From NCBI GenBank assembly GCA_963751455.1, contig CAVVUN010000015.1, positions 864,001 through 928,000 of the forward strand: 64,000 bases of DNA. The letters run 5' to 3'. Below, piece by piece: positions 19,883-29,612 of this stretch; the stretch's first letter is position 1; every line of letters begins with the position of its first letter. A program made the position numbers and the translations under genes. A model generated the notes under the pieces. It had not been told where the DNA came from. It searched no databases and worked only from the letters and a program-made list of their open reading frames with translations. Source of the DNA: Nitrospirota bacterium. Its GTDB lineage: Bacteria; Nitrospirota; UBA9217.

Positions 19883-20527
19883 TTATTCTTGTGAGAGTTG
19901 GTTCGAGAGTTTCAGGAGCTTAACGAGGTTTGGCTGCAGGGGCGTTTTGTTTTGATTTAAAAATTGCTCCAGTTCGGAGAGCTTCTTTATCAATTCCTTT
20001 TTTAATCCCTGGATCTCCTTGTCTTCTTTGTGCTTCGTAAAATAATTCGTGTTCAGCAGGAAGACCGTGTTAATCAGTTCCAAAGACGTTGAATCCGCGG
20101 CGTCGCTGTCCTTGGTCTGTTTCACGAATGCTACCTTCTCCAGGAAGTCGGTGAAGAGTGTCTTTGCGCTGTTCCGGGTGCTTTTCCGCTGCAGGTAGTC
20201 GATGTTTCTGCCAACATAGTCTTCTTTTTCGTCTTTTTTCGCTTCCATCCGGTTCCGGTCGATTTTATCCGCCAGCTCCGCGATCCTGCTCTTGATGTCT
20301 TCTTTTATTTTCGATGCTTCATCGGTATATTCTCCGGCGCTGATAATTGCATCGAGACTGGCAAAAACAGACCTGGACTCTTTCACGATTTCCTGGAACC
20401 GGGCGGCATTCGGGAAGTTCTCCCTGTTCTCGACATCAATTTTTTGCCGAAGTGCCATTGCTTCCCGCGGTGCCCTGAAAGGCGGCTTATCTTTTCCCCC
20501 TGACCCAAAAAGACGGCGAAGTACCAT
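19883..20527 (-). CDS. hypothetical helical protein
   Basis: 214-aa ORF, AAGGAG RBS, charged helical composition. Confidence 0.75.
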   Translation of the reverse strand: MVLRRLFGSGGKDKPPFRAPREAMALRQKIDVENRENFPNAARFQEIVKESRSVFASLDAIISAGEYTDEASKIKEDIKSRIAELADKIDRNRMEAKKDEKEDYVGRNIDYLQRKSTRNSAKTLFTDFLEKVAFVKQTKDSDAADSTSLELINTVFLLNTNYFTKHKEDKEIQGLKKELIKKLSELEQFLNQNKTPLQPNLVKLLKLSNQLSQE

Positions 20528-20575
20528 TACAGCTCCTTAAAGTTCGATACCAAATTATACCAAATTATTCCGAGT

Positions 20576-21268
20576 TCACTGACCCGTTTTCGCGTCCGCC
20601 CCGTTTTTTTCCGTTATCTGCCGGATCCCAGCCAAGCGCTTTTTACGCTCTTCGCGGCCCACGTACCAGTCCTCGATAAGTGTTTCGATTAAACCGATCA
20701 GCATCTGCGCCTCTCCGGGTTCCGAGTCCTGGATCTCGATTGCTTCGGCATCCATGCGGGCCCCGATCAACCCTGTCTTTTTGACGGACTCGATCGCTTC
20801 CCAGGTTAACGGGTCGGCGGTGCCTTTGATCTGGCGAAACTCGTCGCCCAGCATACCGGGCTGCACTTTCCAGAAGTCGCGCAGCATATGCGAGAGGCAG
20901 CGCCGCGCAAGGGCTGCAGCGAGCTTCGTACTCGATTCCATCGTAAGACAGGCTTCACGGTAATCTTCAAGGACATCGGGGGGAAGCGAGACCGGGAAGG
21001 AACGCGCCCGGGAGGGCGGGACGAGGGCCCACGTTTTAACGTGCCTTCCGGTATAGGACCGGGTTCCGGATGTCTCGAGACTGTGCAGGGATGCATTCAA
21101 TGAGAACTTCCGGCACGCGGGGTTCGGGCAGACAACGAACTTAACAACAAGGCGCCGGGGACCTTCGTCATTTTCCAGGGTGAGATCAGCGAAGCTTGCC
21201 TGCCGGTTTTCTTCGGTTACGGTCTGGTCCGTATTGCAGAACGGGCAGTGCCAGAGATATTCGGTCAA
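20576..21268 (-). CDS. DUF4145 (HEPN-like) domain protein with N-terminal Cys pairs
   Basis: WHCPFC, CPNPAC, EDYREAC..ALARRCL..MLRDFW; AGGAGG RBS. Confidence 0.8.
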   Translation of the reverse strand: MTEYLWHCPFCNTDQTVTEENRQASFADLTLENDEGPRRLVVKFVVCPNPACRKFSLNASLHSLETSGTRSYTGRHVKTWALVPPSRARSFPVSLPPDVLEDYREACLTMESSTKLAAALARRCLSHMLRDFWKVQPGMLGDEFRQIKGTADPLTWEAIESVKKTGLIGARMDAEAIEIQDSEPGEAQMLIGLIETLIEDWYVGREERKKRLAGIRQITEKNGADAKTGQ

Positions 21269-21290
21269 GCATTCCTCCTTGTGGCCGGGG

Positions 21291-22373
21291 TCACCCGGAA
21301 ATGAGTTCTCGAAGCTGCTGCTCGTCCCAGTCCCTGGTAATCACTACTTCCCCGATCTTTTTCGGCAGAACGAACTTGACCTTGCCGCCTTCTGCTTTCT
21401 TGTCTATCTGTATGGTGTTCATGAGCTCTGCCGGAGCCGGCCTTCTGCCGAGCGAGGAAAGATCTGTCGGCAAGCCGTAGGACTTAATCAGCTTCTGCAC
21501 GTTTTCGGGAACGGACGCATCGCAAAGACGTGCTTTATGCGCCATTCTGGACGCATACACCATGCCGATCGCGACTGCATAGCCGTGGCGCATCGTGTAA
21601 TTTTCAGCGGTTTCTATGGCGTGGCCTACGGTATGGCCGAAGTTCAGGATTGCGCGAAGACCTCCTTCGCGTTCGTCCTGGCTTACTACCTCGGCCTTGA
21701 TTTCGCATGAGCGTTTAATGATATGGCCGAGCGCTTCAGGATCGAGAGCAAGGATCCTTTCGCGGTTCCGGTCAAGGTAATCAAAAAAATCAGCATCACG
21801 GATGACGCCGTACTTTATCACTTCCGACATGCCGGACAGGAATTCCTCTTTCGGCAAGGTCTTCAGCAAGTCGAGATCCATCAGCACTTTCTTCGGCTGG
21901 TAGAAAGCGCCGATCATGTTCTTGCCCATAGGGTGGTTCACGCCCGTTTTGCCGCCCACGCTGCTGTCCACCATGGACAGGAGGGTTGTGGGGATTTGAA
22001 TGAACGGGATCCCGCGCATGAAGGTAGCGGCCGCGAAACCGGCGAGATCGCCGATCACGCCCCCGCCAAGCGCAACCAGAGTGGACTTTCTGTCAAAACT
22101 ATTGATCAGGAGCGCTGAATAAATCGAGTTCGCCCAGTCCAGGTTCTTATACTGCTCGCCGTCCGGGATCTCTATCGACATGACCATGAAGCCGGCTGCC
22201 TTCAAGCTGTCGACGGCGCGCGGGCCGTGCAGTTTCCTGACTGTGGGGTTCGTCACAAGCGCCATTTTCGGACCGAGCCCGAGTTCCCGAAGCCGGGCTC
22301 CGGCCTGGTCCAGGCTTATGCCGATCTCGATGTCATAGCTTCTGTCCCCGAGATTTACTTTAACTGTATGCAT
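21291..22373 (-). CDS. aroB: 3-dehydroquinate synthase
   Basis: GGGVIGD, PTTLLSMVDSSVGGKT, LNFGHTVGHAIE. Confidence 0.97.
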   Translation of the reverse strand: MHTVKVNLGDRSYDIEIGISLDQAGARLRELGLGPKMALVTNPTVRKLHGPRAVDSLKAAGFMVMSIEIPDGEQYKNLDWANSIYSALLINSFDRKSTLVALGGGVIGDLAGFAAATFMRGIPFIQIPTTLLSMVDSSVGGKTGVNHPMGKNMIGAFYQPKKVLMDLDLLKTLPKEEFLSGMSEVIKYGVIRDADFFDYLDRNRERILALDPEALGHIIKRSCEIKAEVVSQDEREGGLRAILNFGHTVGHAIETAENYTMRHGYAVAIGMVYASRMAHKARLCDASVPENVQKLIKSYGLPTDLSSLGRRPAPAELMNTIQIDKKAEGGKVKFVLPKKIGEVVITRDWDEQQLRELISG

Positions 22374-22875
22374 GCTTGATTTTGTCCTTGATCTCGCTGA
22401 TCACAGCCTCGACGGGCTTGGCGGAGGTATCGATAACGGCATCCGCCTGAGCATAGAATGCCGAGCGGGTGTTGAGCAGCTCCCTGATTTTGGAGAGAGG
22501 GTCGGGGGTTTGAAGCAGAGGTCGATGCGTTTCGTGCCTGATGCGGTCGAAAATGACTTCGGGCCTTGCCGTGAGGCAGACAACGAAGCCGGCCTGCTTG
22601 AATGCCTCCCGGTTCGCTTCGCGGATGACTGCGCCGCCCCCTGTAGAGACAACCTGGCTTTCGCCGAGCAAGACGGTCTGAATGATCCGGGCCTCCACGT
22701 CGCGGAAATACGGTTCACCGGATTTCGCGAAGATCGAGGTTATGCTCGTTTTCTGGTCCGCCTCTATCAAATCATCGGTATCGACAAAGCGATAGCCGAT
22801 ATCTTTTGCCAACCGGGTGCCGACGCTTGTTTTGCCGACGCCCATGAACCCGGTAAGAATGATGTTCTTGAACAT
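22360..22875 (-). CDS. aroK: shikimate kinase
   Basis: GFMGVGKT, FRDVE, STGGG, RPLL. Confidence 0.96.
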   Translation of the reverse strand: MFKNIILTGFMGVGKTSVGTRLAKDIGYRFVDTDDLIEADQKTSITSIFAKSGEPYFRDVEARIIQTVLLGESQVVSTGGGAVIREANREAFKQAGFVVCLTARPEVIFDRIRHETHRPLLQTPDPLSKIRELLNTRSAFYAQADAVIDTSAKPVEAVISEIKDKIKHAYS

Positions 22876-22919
22876 AGTTTTAATATTACTACAGAGAGCC
22901 TTTTTTCAAATCAAAGATT

Positions 22920-22951
22920 CTGGATTCCGGCTGAAACCATGCCGGAATGAC
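22920..22951. repeat. single REP-like hairpin
   Basis: ctggattccggctgaaaccatgccggaatgac matches the right half of the 1546-1617 element. Confidence 0.6.
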
Positions 22952-23010
22952 CGCTCATGGAAATTGAAGACGTTCCTTTGTCCATCGTCTCTCGCTGCCC
23001 ATCCGGGCTT

Positions 23011-24192
23011 TTATCTTGTCTCTTCCACTTCCATCCGCACGCGCAGGTTTCTCAGATAGGCTTCGTAGTTCCGCTTCATCTCATCGATACTGTCACCGCC
23101 GAATTTTTCAATCATTGCGGTTGCGATCTCGAAGGCCGCCGAAGCCTCAGCAACCACTCCCGCTGCGGGAACAGCGCATGCGTCCGACCGCTCTATGCTC
23201 GCCTTGAACGGCTTCTTGCTGTCCATATCCACCGAGCGGAGCGGTTTATACAGGGTGGGGATAGGTTTCATGACCGCCCTCAGTACGATGGCCTGACCGT
23301 TGCTCATGCCGCCCTCGATCCCGCCGGCCATGTTCGTTTTTCGGTAGAAACCTTCCTTGCGGCTCCAGAATATCTCGTCATGCGCCTGGGACCCTGTCTT
23401 ATTTGCCAGGCCGAAGCCGGCGCCAACCTCGACGCCCTTGATCGCCTGTATGCTCATGAGCGCCGAAGCGAGCCTGCCGTCCAGCTTCCGGTCCGGATGG
23501 ACGTGGCTGCCGAGACCCACCGGTGTTCCGGTGATGATGAGTTCTATGACGCCGCCGAGGGAATCGCCGGCTGCCCTGGCCTCGTCGATTCTTTTCATCA
23601 TCCGTTTTTCCGCTTCGTGGTCGGAACAGCGGAGCTCCGACGCTTCAGCCCGCTTCCTGATTTCCTGGTAGGAGAGCTTCGGGACTTTCGCGAAGACGCC
23701 CCCGATCGAGAGCACGTGGCTGATCACCTCGATCCCGAACTCTTCGAGAAGCCTTTTTGCAACAGCGCCGATTGCTACGCGCATGGCCGTTTCCCGGGCA
23801 CTCGAGCGCTCCAGTATGTTGCGGATATCGGTCATGCCGTATTTCAGGGCGCCGGCAAGGTCCGCGTGGCCGGGACGCGGCCTGGTCACCTGCTCCGCCG
23901 TGTTCAGGAACATCGGATCCGAGGACATTTTATCGCGCCAGTTTTCCCAGTCCTTGTTCCGAATCATGAGGCCGATCGGGCTGCCCAGTGTTCTGCCCCA
24001 GCGCACGCCGGTGTAAATCTTGACGGAGTCCTTTTCGATCTTCATGCGGCCGCCCCGGCCGTAGCCTGCCTGGCGCCTGGCCAGGTCGCGATCGATGTCG
24101 GTTACGCGTATCAGGAGTCCCGACGGCATGCCTTCGATGATACCCATCAACAGTTCGCCGTGTGATTCCCCGGCTGTCAAGAATCGTAGCAT
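23011..24192 (-). CDS. aroC: chorismate synthase
   Basis: [37 protein letters not shown]. Confidence 0.97.
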   Translation of the reverse strand: MLRFLTAGESHGELLMGIIEGMPSGLLIRVTDIDRDLARRQAGYGRGGRMKIEKDSVKIYTGVRWGRTLGSPIGLMIRNKDWENWRDKMSSDPMFLNTAEQVTRPRPGHADLAGALKYGMTDIRNILERSSARETAMRVAIGAVAKRLLEEFGIEVISHVLSIGGVFAKVPKLSYQEIRKRAEASELRCSDHEAEKRMMKRIDEARAAGDSLGGVIELIITGTPVGLGSHVHPDRKLDGRLASALMSIQAIKGVEVGAGFGLANKTGSQAHDEIFWSRKEGFYRKTNMAGGIEGGMSNGQAIVLRAVMKPIPTLYKPLRSVDMDSKKPFKASIERSDACAVPAAGVVAEASAAFEIATAMIEKFGGDSIDEMKRNYEAYLRNLRVRMEVEETR

Positions 24193-24399
24193 TCCCCCCC
24201 CTTGAAAAATCAGCAGATTTCGTTTAAATGTGGCGCCATAATAGCAAATTTGCGCTAGAAGTGCAATCCAAACTATGGTATAGTTCGGGGTATATTCAGG
24301 GTATTTTTCGCGTATTTTGCCGCTTTTCAGGCTTCCCATGGTTACCCCGTTTCGTCATCACGTCGTATCCCCCTTTTTAAGGAGAACGAAAAGGGTCCT

Positions 24400-25164
24400 A
24401 TGATCGCACTACTCTGTTCGATTCAGACAGAAGCAGAAATTCTGCTTTCTCATGCGGAACTCACGAAAACGACCATTGCCGGATCCAAACCCATGGTCCC
24501 GGCGAGACTCGCCGGTCATGATGTCCTGTTTTGTATCGGAGGAATGGGCAAGGCCAATGCAGCCCATGCCGCAACTCTTCTGATAACGCAATACAATCCC
24601 GAAGCCCTGATCATATTCGGGGTGGGAGGGGGCTATCCGTCTTCCGGGGCGCAGCCGGGCGATGTTGCGATTGCGAGCGAGGAAATCGCGGGCGACGAAG
24701 GAGTACTGACCCCCGGCGGGTTCAGGGACGCGGAGTACATAGGCATCCCTCTTTTGAAGACCGGGACAGCTGTTGTTTACTCGAAGTTCATCGCTCCTGA
24801 AACCCTTGTACAGCAGTCGCTTCATGTGCTTCAGTCTCATAAAAATTCCGGAAGAGTCCATGTGGGCGCCTTCGTTACCCTCTCAACCTGCAGCGGCACC
24901 TCCGAACGGTCGCGTGAGTTGGAGGAACGCTATCACGGATTGTGCGAGAATATGGAGGGAGCTGCGGCCGCTCACGTGGCCCAGCTACACGACATTCCGT
25001 GGCTCGAGGTGCGCGGCATTTCGAACATCGTGGAAGACCGCGATCTCAAAAAGTGGGAGATCCTGAAGGCCGCCCGCGCCTGCCAGAAAGCGGTCCTGCA
25101 AATTCTTGAAGGATGGAACCACCCCTCACCCTACCTCTCCCCTGAGGGGAGAGGACAAAGGTGA
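24400..25164 (+). CDS. mqnB: futalosine hydrolase
   Basis: GGMGKANAA, GVGGGY, ENMEGAA, EVRGISN; adjacent to mqnD. Confidence 0.88.
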   Translation: MIALLCSIQTEAEILLSHAELTKTTIAGSKPMVPARLAGHDVLFCIGGMGKANAAHAATLLITQYNPEALIIFGVGGGYPSSGAQPGDVAIASEEIAGDEGVLTPGGFRDAEYIGIPLLKTGTAVVYSKFIAPETLVQQSLHVLQSHKNSGRVHVGAFVTLSTCSGTSERSRELEERYHGLCENMEGAAAAHVAQLHDIPWLEVRGISNIVEDRDLKKWEILKAARACQKAVLQILEGWNHPSPYLSPEGRGQR

Positions 25165-25169
25165 GGGGC
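25120..25169. repeat. CCCCTCACCC..CTCTCCC..GGGAGAGG..GGTGAGGGG palindromic element
   Basis: Nested inverted repeat; second copy at 43774-43819. Confidence 0.7.
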
Positions 25170-25234
25170 ATCACGTGCGGAGCGCGGATTAATAATAAAG
25201 AAAATCATGCTACCCGACCGGAACATAATGTGAT

Positions 25235-26080
25235 ATGAGTAAAACACTTACCATAGGGTACTCTCCGTGCCCGAACGACACCTTTATTTTCTACGCGCTG
25301 ATCCATGGCAAAGTGAGGGTGCCGGGTATCGAGTTCCGGGAGCGGCTCGAAGATGTGGAAACGTTGAACCGTATGGCCCTTGGCGGTTTTCTCGATGTTT
25401 CCAAGATTTCGTACCATGCCCTGGGTCATCTCCGCGAGAAGTACGCGGTGCTGCGTTCGGGCGGCGCACTTGGCCGGGGTTGCGGCCCCCTGATTGTTGC
25501 CAGGGCAGGTACAACTTTATCTCATTTGAAGCGCGGGAGCGTAGCGATCCCGGGCAGGCTTACTACGGCCTACTTGCTGCTCCGGCTTTTCGACCAGTCA
25601 ATCGAAAACGTTGTCATCATGAGCTTCGACCGTATCATGGCTGCAGTTTCAGCAGGTGACGTAACCGGGGGACTTATAATCCATGAAACCCGTTTCACAT
25701 ATCCGTCTTACAACCTCCAAAACCTTCTTGACCTGGGTGAATGGTGGGAAAAGTATTCAGGCCTTCCGATTCCACTGGGGGGTATTATAGGGAAACGCGA
25801 TCTCGGCACGAATGTGCTGCTTAAAATCGAAGCCGGTATCCGGGAAAGCCTGAAATATGCGCACGGGCATCAGGACGAGGTCCTGGACTACTGCAGGCAG
25901 CACAGCCAGGAAATGGATGCTGCCGTCATGAAGAAGCACATCGACCTCTACGTGAACGATTTTTCTCTGGATCTGGGAAAGGAAGGCATCGCCGCGGTGC
26001 ATAAGCTCTTTGCCGAAGCAGAAGCGCGTGGGGTATTTCCTCATTCGGACAGAGCGCTTCTGGCAGGGGATACGACATGA
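25235..26080 (+). CDS. mqnD: 1,4-dihydroxy-6-naphthoate synthase
   Basis: GYSPCPNDTFIF, DVETLN, IIHETRFTY, HIDLYVN. Confidence 0.95.
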   Translation: MSKTLTIGYSPCPNDTFIFYALIHGKVRVPGIEFRERLEDVETLNRMALGGFLDVSKISYHALGHLREKYAVLRSGGALGRGCGPLIVARAGTTLSHLKRGSVAIPGRLTTAYLLLRLFDQSIENVVIMSFDRIMAAVSAGDVTGGLIIHETRFTYPSYNLQNLLDLGEWWEKYSGLPIPLGGIIGKRDLGTNVLLKIEAGIRESLKYAHGHQDEVLDYCRQHSQEMDAAVMKKHIDLYVNDFSLDLGKEGIAAVHKLFAEAEARGVFPHSDRALLAGDTT

Positions 26081-26154
26081 TTTTCCAGCATCGACGGCGA
26101 TTCTGCTAATCATGAAAGCACATGAATAAATTATGAACCCGGTAAGGAGGCTGT

Positions 26155-26715
26155 ATGGGCGGATGGATTGTACTTGCAGGAGTCTCCCTGACTCTGGTGT
26201 GGCTTGTGTTGATCTATAACAGGCTCGTGACGGTTCGAAATGACGTGCAAAGCTCCTGGAAACAGATCGACGTGCAGCTCAAACGCAGGCATGATCTGAT
26301 CCCGAACCTTGTTTCGACCGTAAAAGGTTCCATGGAGTTCGAGCAGGACACGCTTGAGAAGGTCATTTCAGCAAGGGCAAAGGCGGTTTCGGCTGGTACG
26401 CCGGCTTCAAAGGCAGAAGCAGAGAACATGCTCACACAGGCGCTGGGAAAGCTTTTCGCAGTAATGGAGAACTATCCGGACCTCAAAAGCAATCAGAATG
26501 TGATGCAACTTCAGGAAGAGCTTACCTCGACTGAGAACAGGATAGCTTTTGCGCGCCAGCTTTACAATGATCTCGTGGCGAATTACCGGACCACGCTGCA
26601 AGTGTTTCCGAACAATCTTATTTCGTCAACAATGCATTTTCGCAGCGAAGAGTACTATGAAGCCGAGGAAGCGGCCCGCGCAACACCGGGCGTGAATTTG
26701 AGTCTGAGGAAGTAA
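26155..26715 (+). CDS. lemA: LemA family protein
   Basis: IDVQLKRRHDLIPNLV, ENYPDLKS, ENRIAFARQLYN. Confidence 0.95.
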   Translation: MGGWIVLAGVSLTLVWLVLIYNRLVTVRNDVQSSWKQIDVQLKRRHDLIPNLVSTVKGSMEFEQDTLEKVISARAKAVSAGTPASKAEAENMLTQALGKLFAVMENYPDLKSNQNVMQLQEELTSTENRIAFARQLYNDLVANYRTTLQVFPNNLISSTMHFRSEEYYEAEEAARATPGVNLSLRK

Positions 26716-26730
26716 TAGCTTGAAAGATCT

Positions 26731-26805
26731 GAGGATGAGGGATGACCGCTTCGCTTGGACGAAGGACGAAAAAACCTTTTTCTTCGTCCCTCTTCCCTCG
26801 TCCCT
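26731..26805. repeat. 7-mer tandem inverted repeat (ggacgaa / tcgtccc)
   Basis: gaggatgagggatga..ggacgaaggacgaa versus ttcgtccctcttccctcgtccctc. Confidence 0.7.
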
Positions 26806-26824
26806 CCCTTGATCGGTTTACTGA

Positions 26825-28447
26825 ATGCCCCTTACCTTCATCGATATAGAGAGACAGAAGAACTGGCGGATAGGGCTTTTCTTTCTGTTGCTCATGTTCT
26901 TTTACCTTTGCATCGCTGCGCTCTTTGCATCTCTATTTCTTAATATTCCGCTCCATAGCTCGTCCCGGTTTTGGATATTCACGTGTATGGTCTCATTGCC
27001 TATAGCGGGGATCCATTTCTGGGTTTCGGCCTACGATACGGTAAGCACGGTGGTCAGGCAACTGGATGCGCAATTGCCCGACAGACAGGATGAAATTCAC
27101 AGAGTTCTGATCAACGTCGTGGAAGAGATGCATATCGTAACCGGGAACCGTCGACGGATACAGTGCAAGGTGATTCCATCGCTCTCCATGAACGCTCTGT
27201 CAGTCACCGATTTAAAGGGGGAATCGCTGATCGGAATAACCGAGGGCCTTCTCTCGCGTCTCTCGCGGCCGCAGCTCGAAAGTGTCATTGCTCACGAAGC
27301 GCACCATATTCTTTCGGGCGACTGCCTTGAAACCACAGTTGCCTCAAGTCTCTTCGGTACATTTGCAACTGCAATAGAAAAGCTGAGTTATACATCGAGG
27401 GGCAGGATCTTATCGTCACCGGCATTCATGCTTGCGTGGGTGCTGGTCAAGCTGAATTATCTGTTGAATATGTTCATTTCGCGCGAGCGGGAATACCGTG
27501 CCGACGCTGCGGCTGTTCGCATGACACGAAATCCCATTGCGCTCGCCGAAACCCTGCATCTGCTGTCGCGGAGCTGGCGGGGCGCGGGGTTCATCGGCAG
27601 CGGCTTCGAGATGCTTTGTATCGTGAACCCGCAAGCAACGGCGCTTGATGAGGCCGAAGGTTTCTTGGCAGACCTTCTTTCGACCCATCCCCCGCTTAAA
27701 AAGAGGATCGATGTACTGCTGAAAATGGCGCGTGTCAGCATTACCGAACTGGAGACAAAGGCGGGAAAAAAGGCGGTCCAGACGGGTGTGCAGGCAGCAG
27801 GCCCTCAATACTACGCGATGAATCCTCAGCAAAGGTGGCAGGGGCCGTTCACGATCGCTGAACTCGGAGCGCTTCCATGGCTTTCGCCGCTTACGTGGGT
27901 CACGACCGGCGATCAGCAGCAGCTCGTCGAACGAGCCTGGAAGCAACCCGGCATCAATGACATTTTTACGTCACGGCTGGCCATAAAAGAAATGACCATT
28001 TCTGATTATATTTGTCCGGTCTGCAACCAGCGGCTCGTCATCTCAGCTTACGAAGGCACGCGCGTATTTCAGTGCAGATTTTGTGCAGGCACGCTTGTGG
28101 AAAATGACAAAATGGCGAGGATCATTGCGAGGGCGGGTCAAGGAGCTTGGTCAAAACGCATCAACACTCTTACAAGGACGACGGTCAACCAGAATCAATC
28201 CGGGTACGCGAATCGGATGCGAACCGGAAATCAGAGGATAATTCCTCTCCGCGCTTGCCCCAAATGCAAAAACAGCATGTATCGAAATTTTTACAGTCAG
28301 GCGCATATGATTGAAGTGGACCGGTGCGGCATGTGCGGCCTTACCTGGTTCGATCAGGACGAGCTTTCGATGCTCCAATGCCTTATCGAAAACAGAATCG
28401 TGCCGGATTTTGCCGTGCCGCACATTGCAAATGCCGCAGCACAATAG
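26825..28447 (+). CDS. M48 (HtpX-like) metalloprotease with GYF_2-like and two zinc-ribbon domains
   Basis: HEAHH, SREREYRADA, STHPP; QGPFTIAEL; CPVC..CRFC and CPKC..VDRCGMCG.TWFD. Confidence 0.85.
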   Translation: MPLTFIDIERQKNWRIGLFFLLLMFFYLCIAALFASLFLNIPLHSSSRFWIFTCMVSLPIAGIHFWVSAYDTVSTVVRQLDAQLPDRQDEIHRVLINVVEEMHIVTGNRRRIQCKVIPSLSMNALSVTDLKGESLIGITEGLLSRLSRPQLESVIAHEAHHILSGDCLETTVASSLFGTFATAIEKLSYTSRGRILSSPAFMLAWVLVKLNYLLNMFISREREYRADAAAVRMTRNPIALAETLHLLSRSWRGAGFIGSGFEMLCIVNPQATALDEAEGFLADLLSTHPPLKKRIDVLLKMARVSITELETKAGKKAVQTGVQAAGPQYYAMNPQQRWQGPFTIAELGALPWLSPLTWVTTGDQQQLVERAWKQPGINDIFTSRLAIKEMTISDYICPVCNQRLVISAYEGTRVFQCRFCAGTLVENDKMARIIARAGQGAWSKRINTLTRTTVNQNQSGYANRMRTGNQRIIPLRACPKCKNSMYRNFYSQAHMIEVDRCGMCGLTWFDQDELSMLQCLIENRIVPDFAVPHIANAAAQ

Positions 28448-28468
28448 CCGTTTTACCGGAGAGTATTC

Positions 28469-29143
28469 ATGATAACCATTAAACTTTTTGCAGTGTTGAA
28501 GGACCGCGCAGGACGTGATGAATTACAGGTCGCGTTCAAAAACGGAACAGTCGGCAATCTGCTTATGCAGGCGTCAAAAGACTATCCCGCACTGTCCGAT
28601 CTGCTTTCGCCCGCCAAGCTCATGGTTGCGGTGAACCAGGAATTCGTCAAACAGGACGCGCCCGTCAGGGACGGGGACGAGGTCGCGCTTATGCCGCCCT
28701 TTTCCGGTGGTGACGCTCAGGCGGGCCATGTCCGAATCCAGACCGAACCCTTCTCGCTCTATACCGAGGTGGAGCGGCTGCAAGCGTCCTCTTCTTCGAT
28801 CGGTGCAGTCGTAACCTTTATTGGCACAACCCGGGATCTCTCGCGCGGAAAGCAGGTGTCGAAGCTCGAGTTCGAACATTATCCGGGCATGGCCGAGAAG
28901 AAGCTGGCCGAGATCCGGCAGCGGGCGATCACGGACTACGGAGTGATCGATGTGACTATTGTCCACCGGGTAGGAACGCTTCCGGTAGGAGAGAATATCG
29001 TTCTCATTGTCGTTGCCGGCGCTCACCGGGACGAAGCGTTCCGTGGGTGCAGTTTCTGCATTGATGAGCTGAAGCGGATTACTCCTATCTGGAAAAAAGA
29101 AACCTCTCCTGATGGAGAGGTGTGGGTGGAGGAGCATCCCTAA
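28469..29143 (+). CDS. molybdopterin synthase MoaD-MoaE fusion
   Basis: VAVNQE..GDEVALMPPFSGG followed by FIGTTR, HRVG, LK..TPIWKKE. Confidence 0.93.
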   Translation: MITIKLFAVLKDRAGRDELQVAFKNGTVGNLLMQASKDYPALSDLLSPAKLMVAVNQEFVKQDAPVRDGDEVALMPPFSGGDAQAGHVRIQTEPFSLYTEVERLQASSSSIGAVVTFIGTTRDLSRGKQVSKLEFEHYPGMAEKKLAEIRQRAITDYGVIDVTIVHRVGTLPVGENIVLIVVAGAHRDEAFRGCSFCIDELKRITPIWKKETSPDGEVWVEEHP

Positions 29144-29149
29144 GAAAAG

Positions 29150-29186
29150 CGTTAAACGGTTCAAACAGTTTAAACCGTTTGAACGG
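29150..29186. repeat. 9-mer tandem palindrome between convergent genes
   Basis: cgttaaacggttcaaacagtttaaaccgtttgaacgg. Confidence 0.6.
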
Positions 29187-29189
29187 TTA

Positions 29190-29612
29190 CTACTGCTTTT
29201 TCGCCGCCTTCTTCCCGTTCTTGAGATACACCACGCAGCTCGAGCAGTCGTTGTCCATCCGGCAGCGGGTCGTCTCCCAGCAGGGTTTGCTCTTGTCGGT
29301 AAACGCGCTGCACACAAGCCGGCGTTCATCCGGACAATCCTTGATCTCCCAGCAGGGCGCATAATCGAGGAGTTTTTTGATGCCTTCGATGCTGATTTTC
29401 TTGGAATGGATCAGCTCGCGGATACAACGCAGCCACTTGATGTCGTTTTCCGTATAGAGCCTGTTCCGACGCTCGCGGGTCGGGAGTATCAAGCCGTGCT
29501 TCTCATAGAGCCGGAGCGTCTGCGCGGTCGTTCCTACGAGCTTTGCCGCCACACCCATTGTGTAGAGGGGCGCATCCTTGTCTTTTAATACATCGAGGCT
29601 GTCAGCTACCAT
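29190..29612 (-). CDS. MerR family regulator with Cys-rich C-terminus (start may be 29633)
   Basis: YTMGVAAKLVGTTAQTLRLYEKHGLI; PCWEIKDC..C..PCWE..C..CSSC. Confidence 0.88.
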   Translation of the reverse strand: MVADSLDVLKDKDAPLYTMGVAAKLVGTTAQTLRLYEKHGLILPTRERRNRLYTENDIKWLRCIRELIHSKKISIEGIKKLLDYAPCWEIKDCPDERRLVCSAFTDKSKPCWETTRCRMDNDCSSCVVYLKNGKKAAKKQ

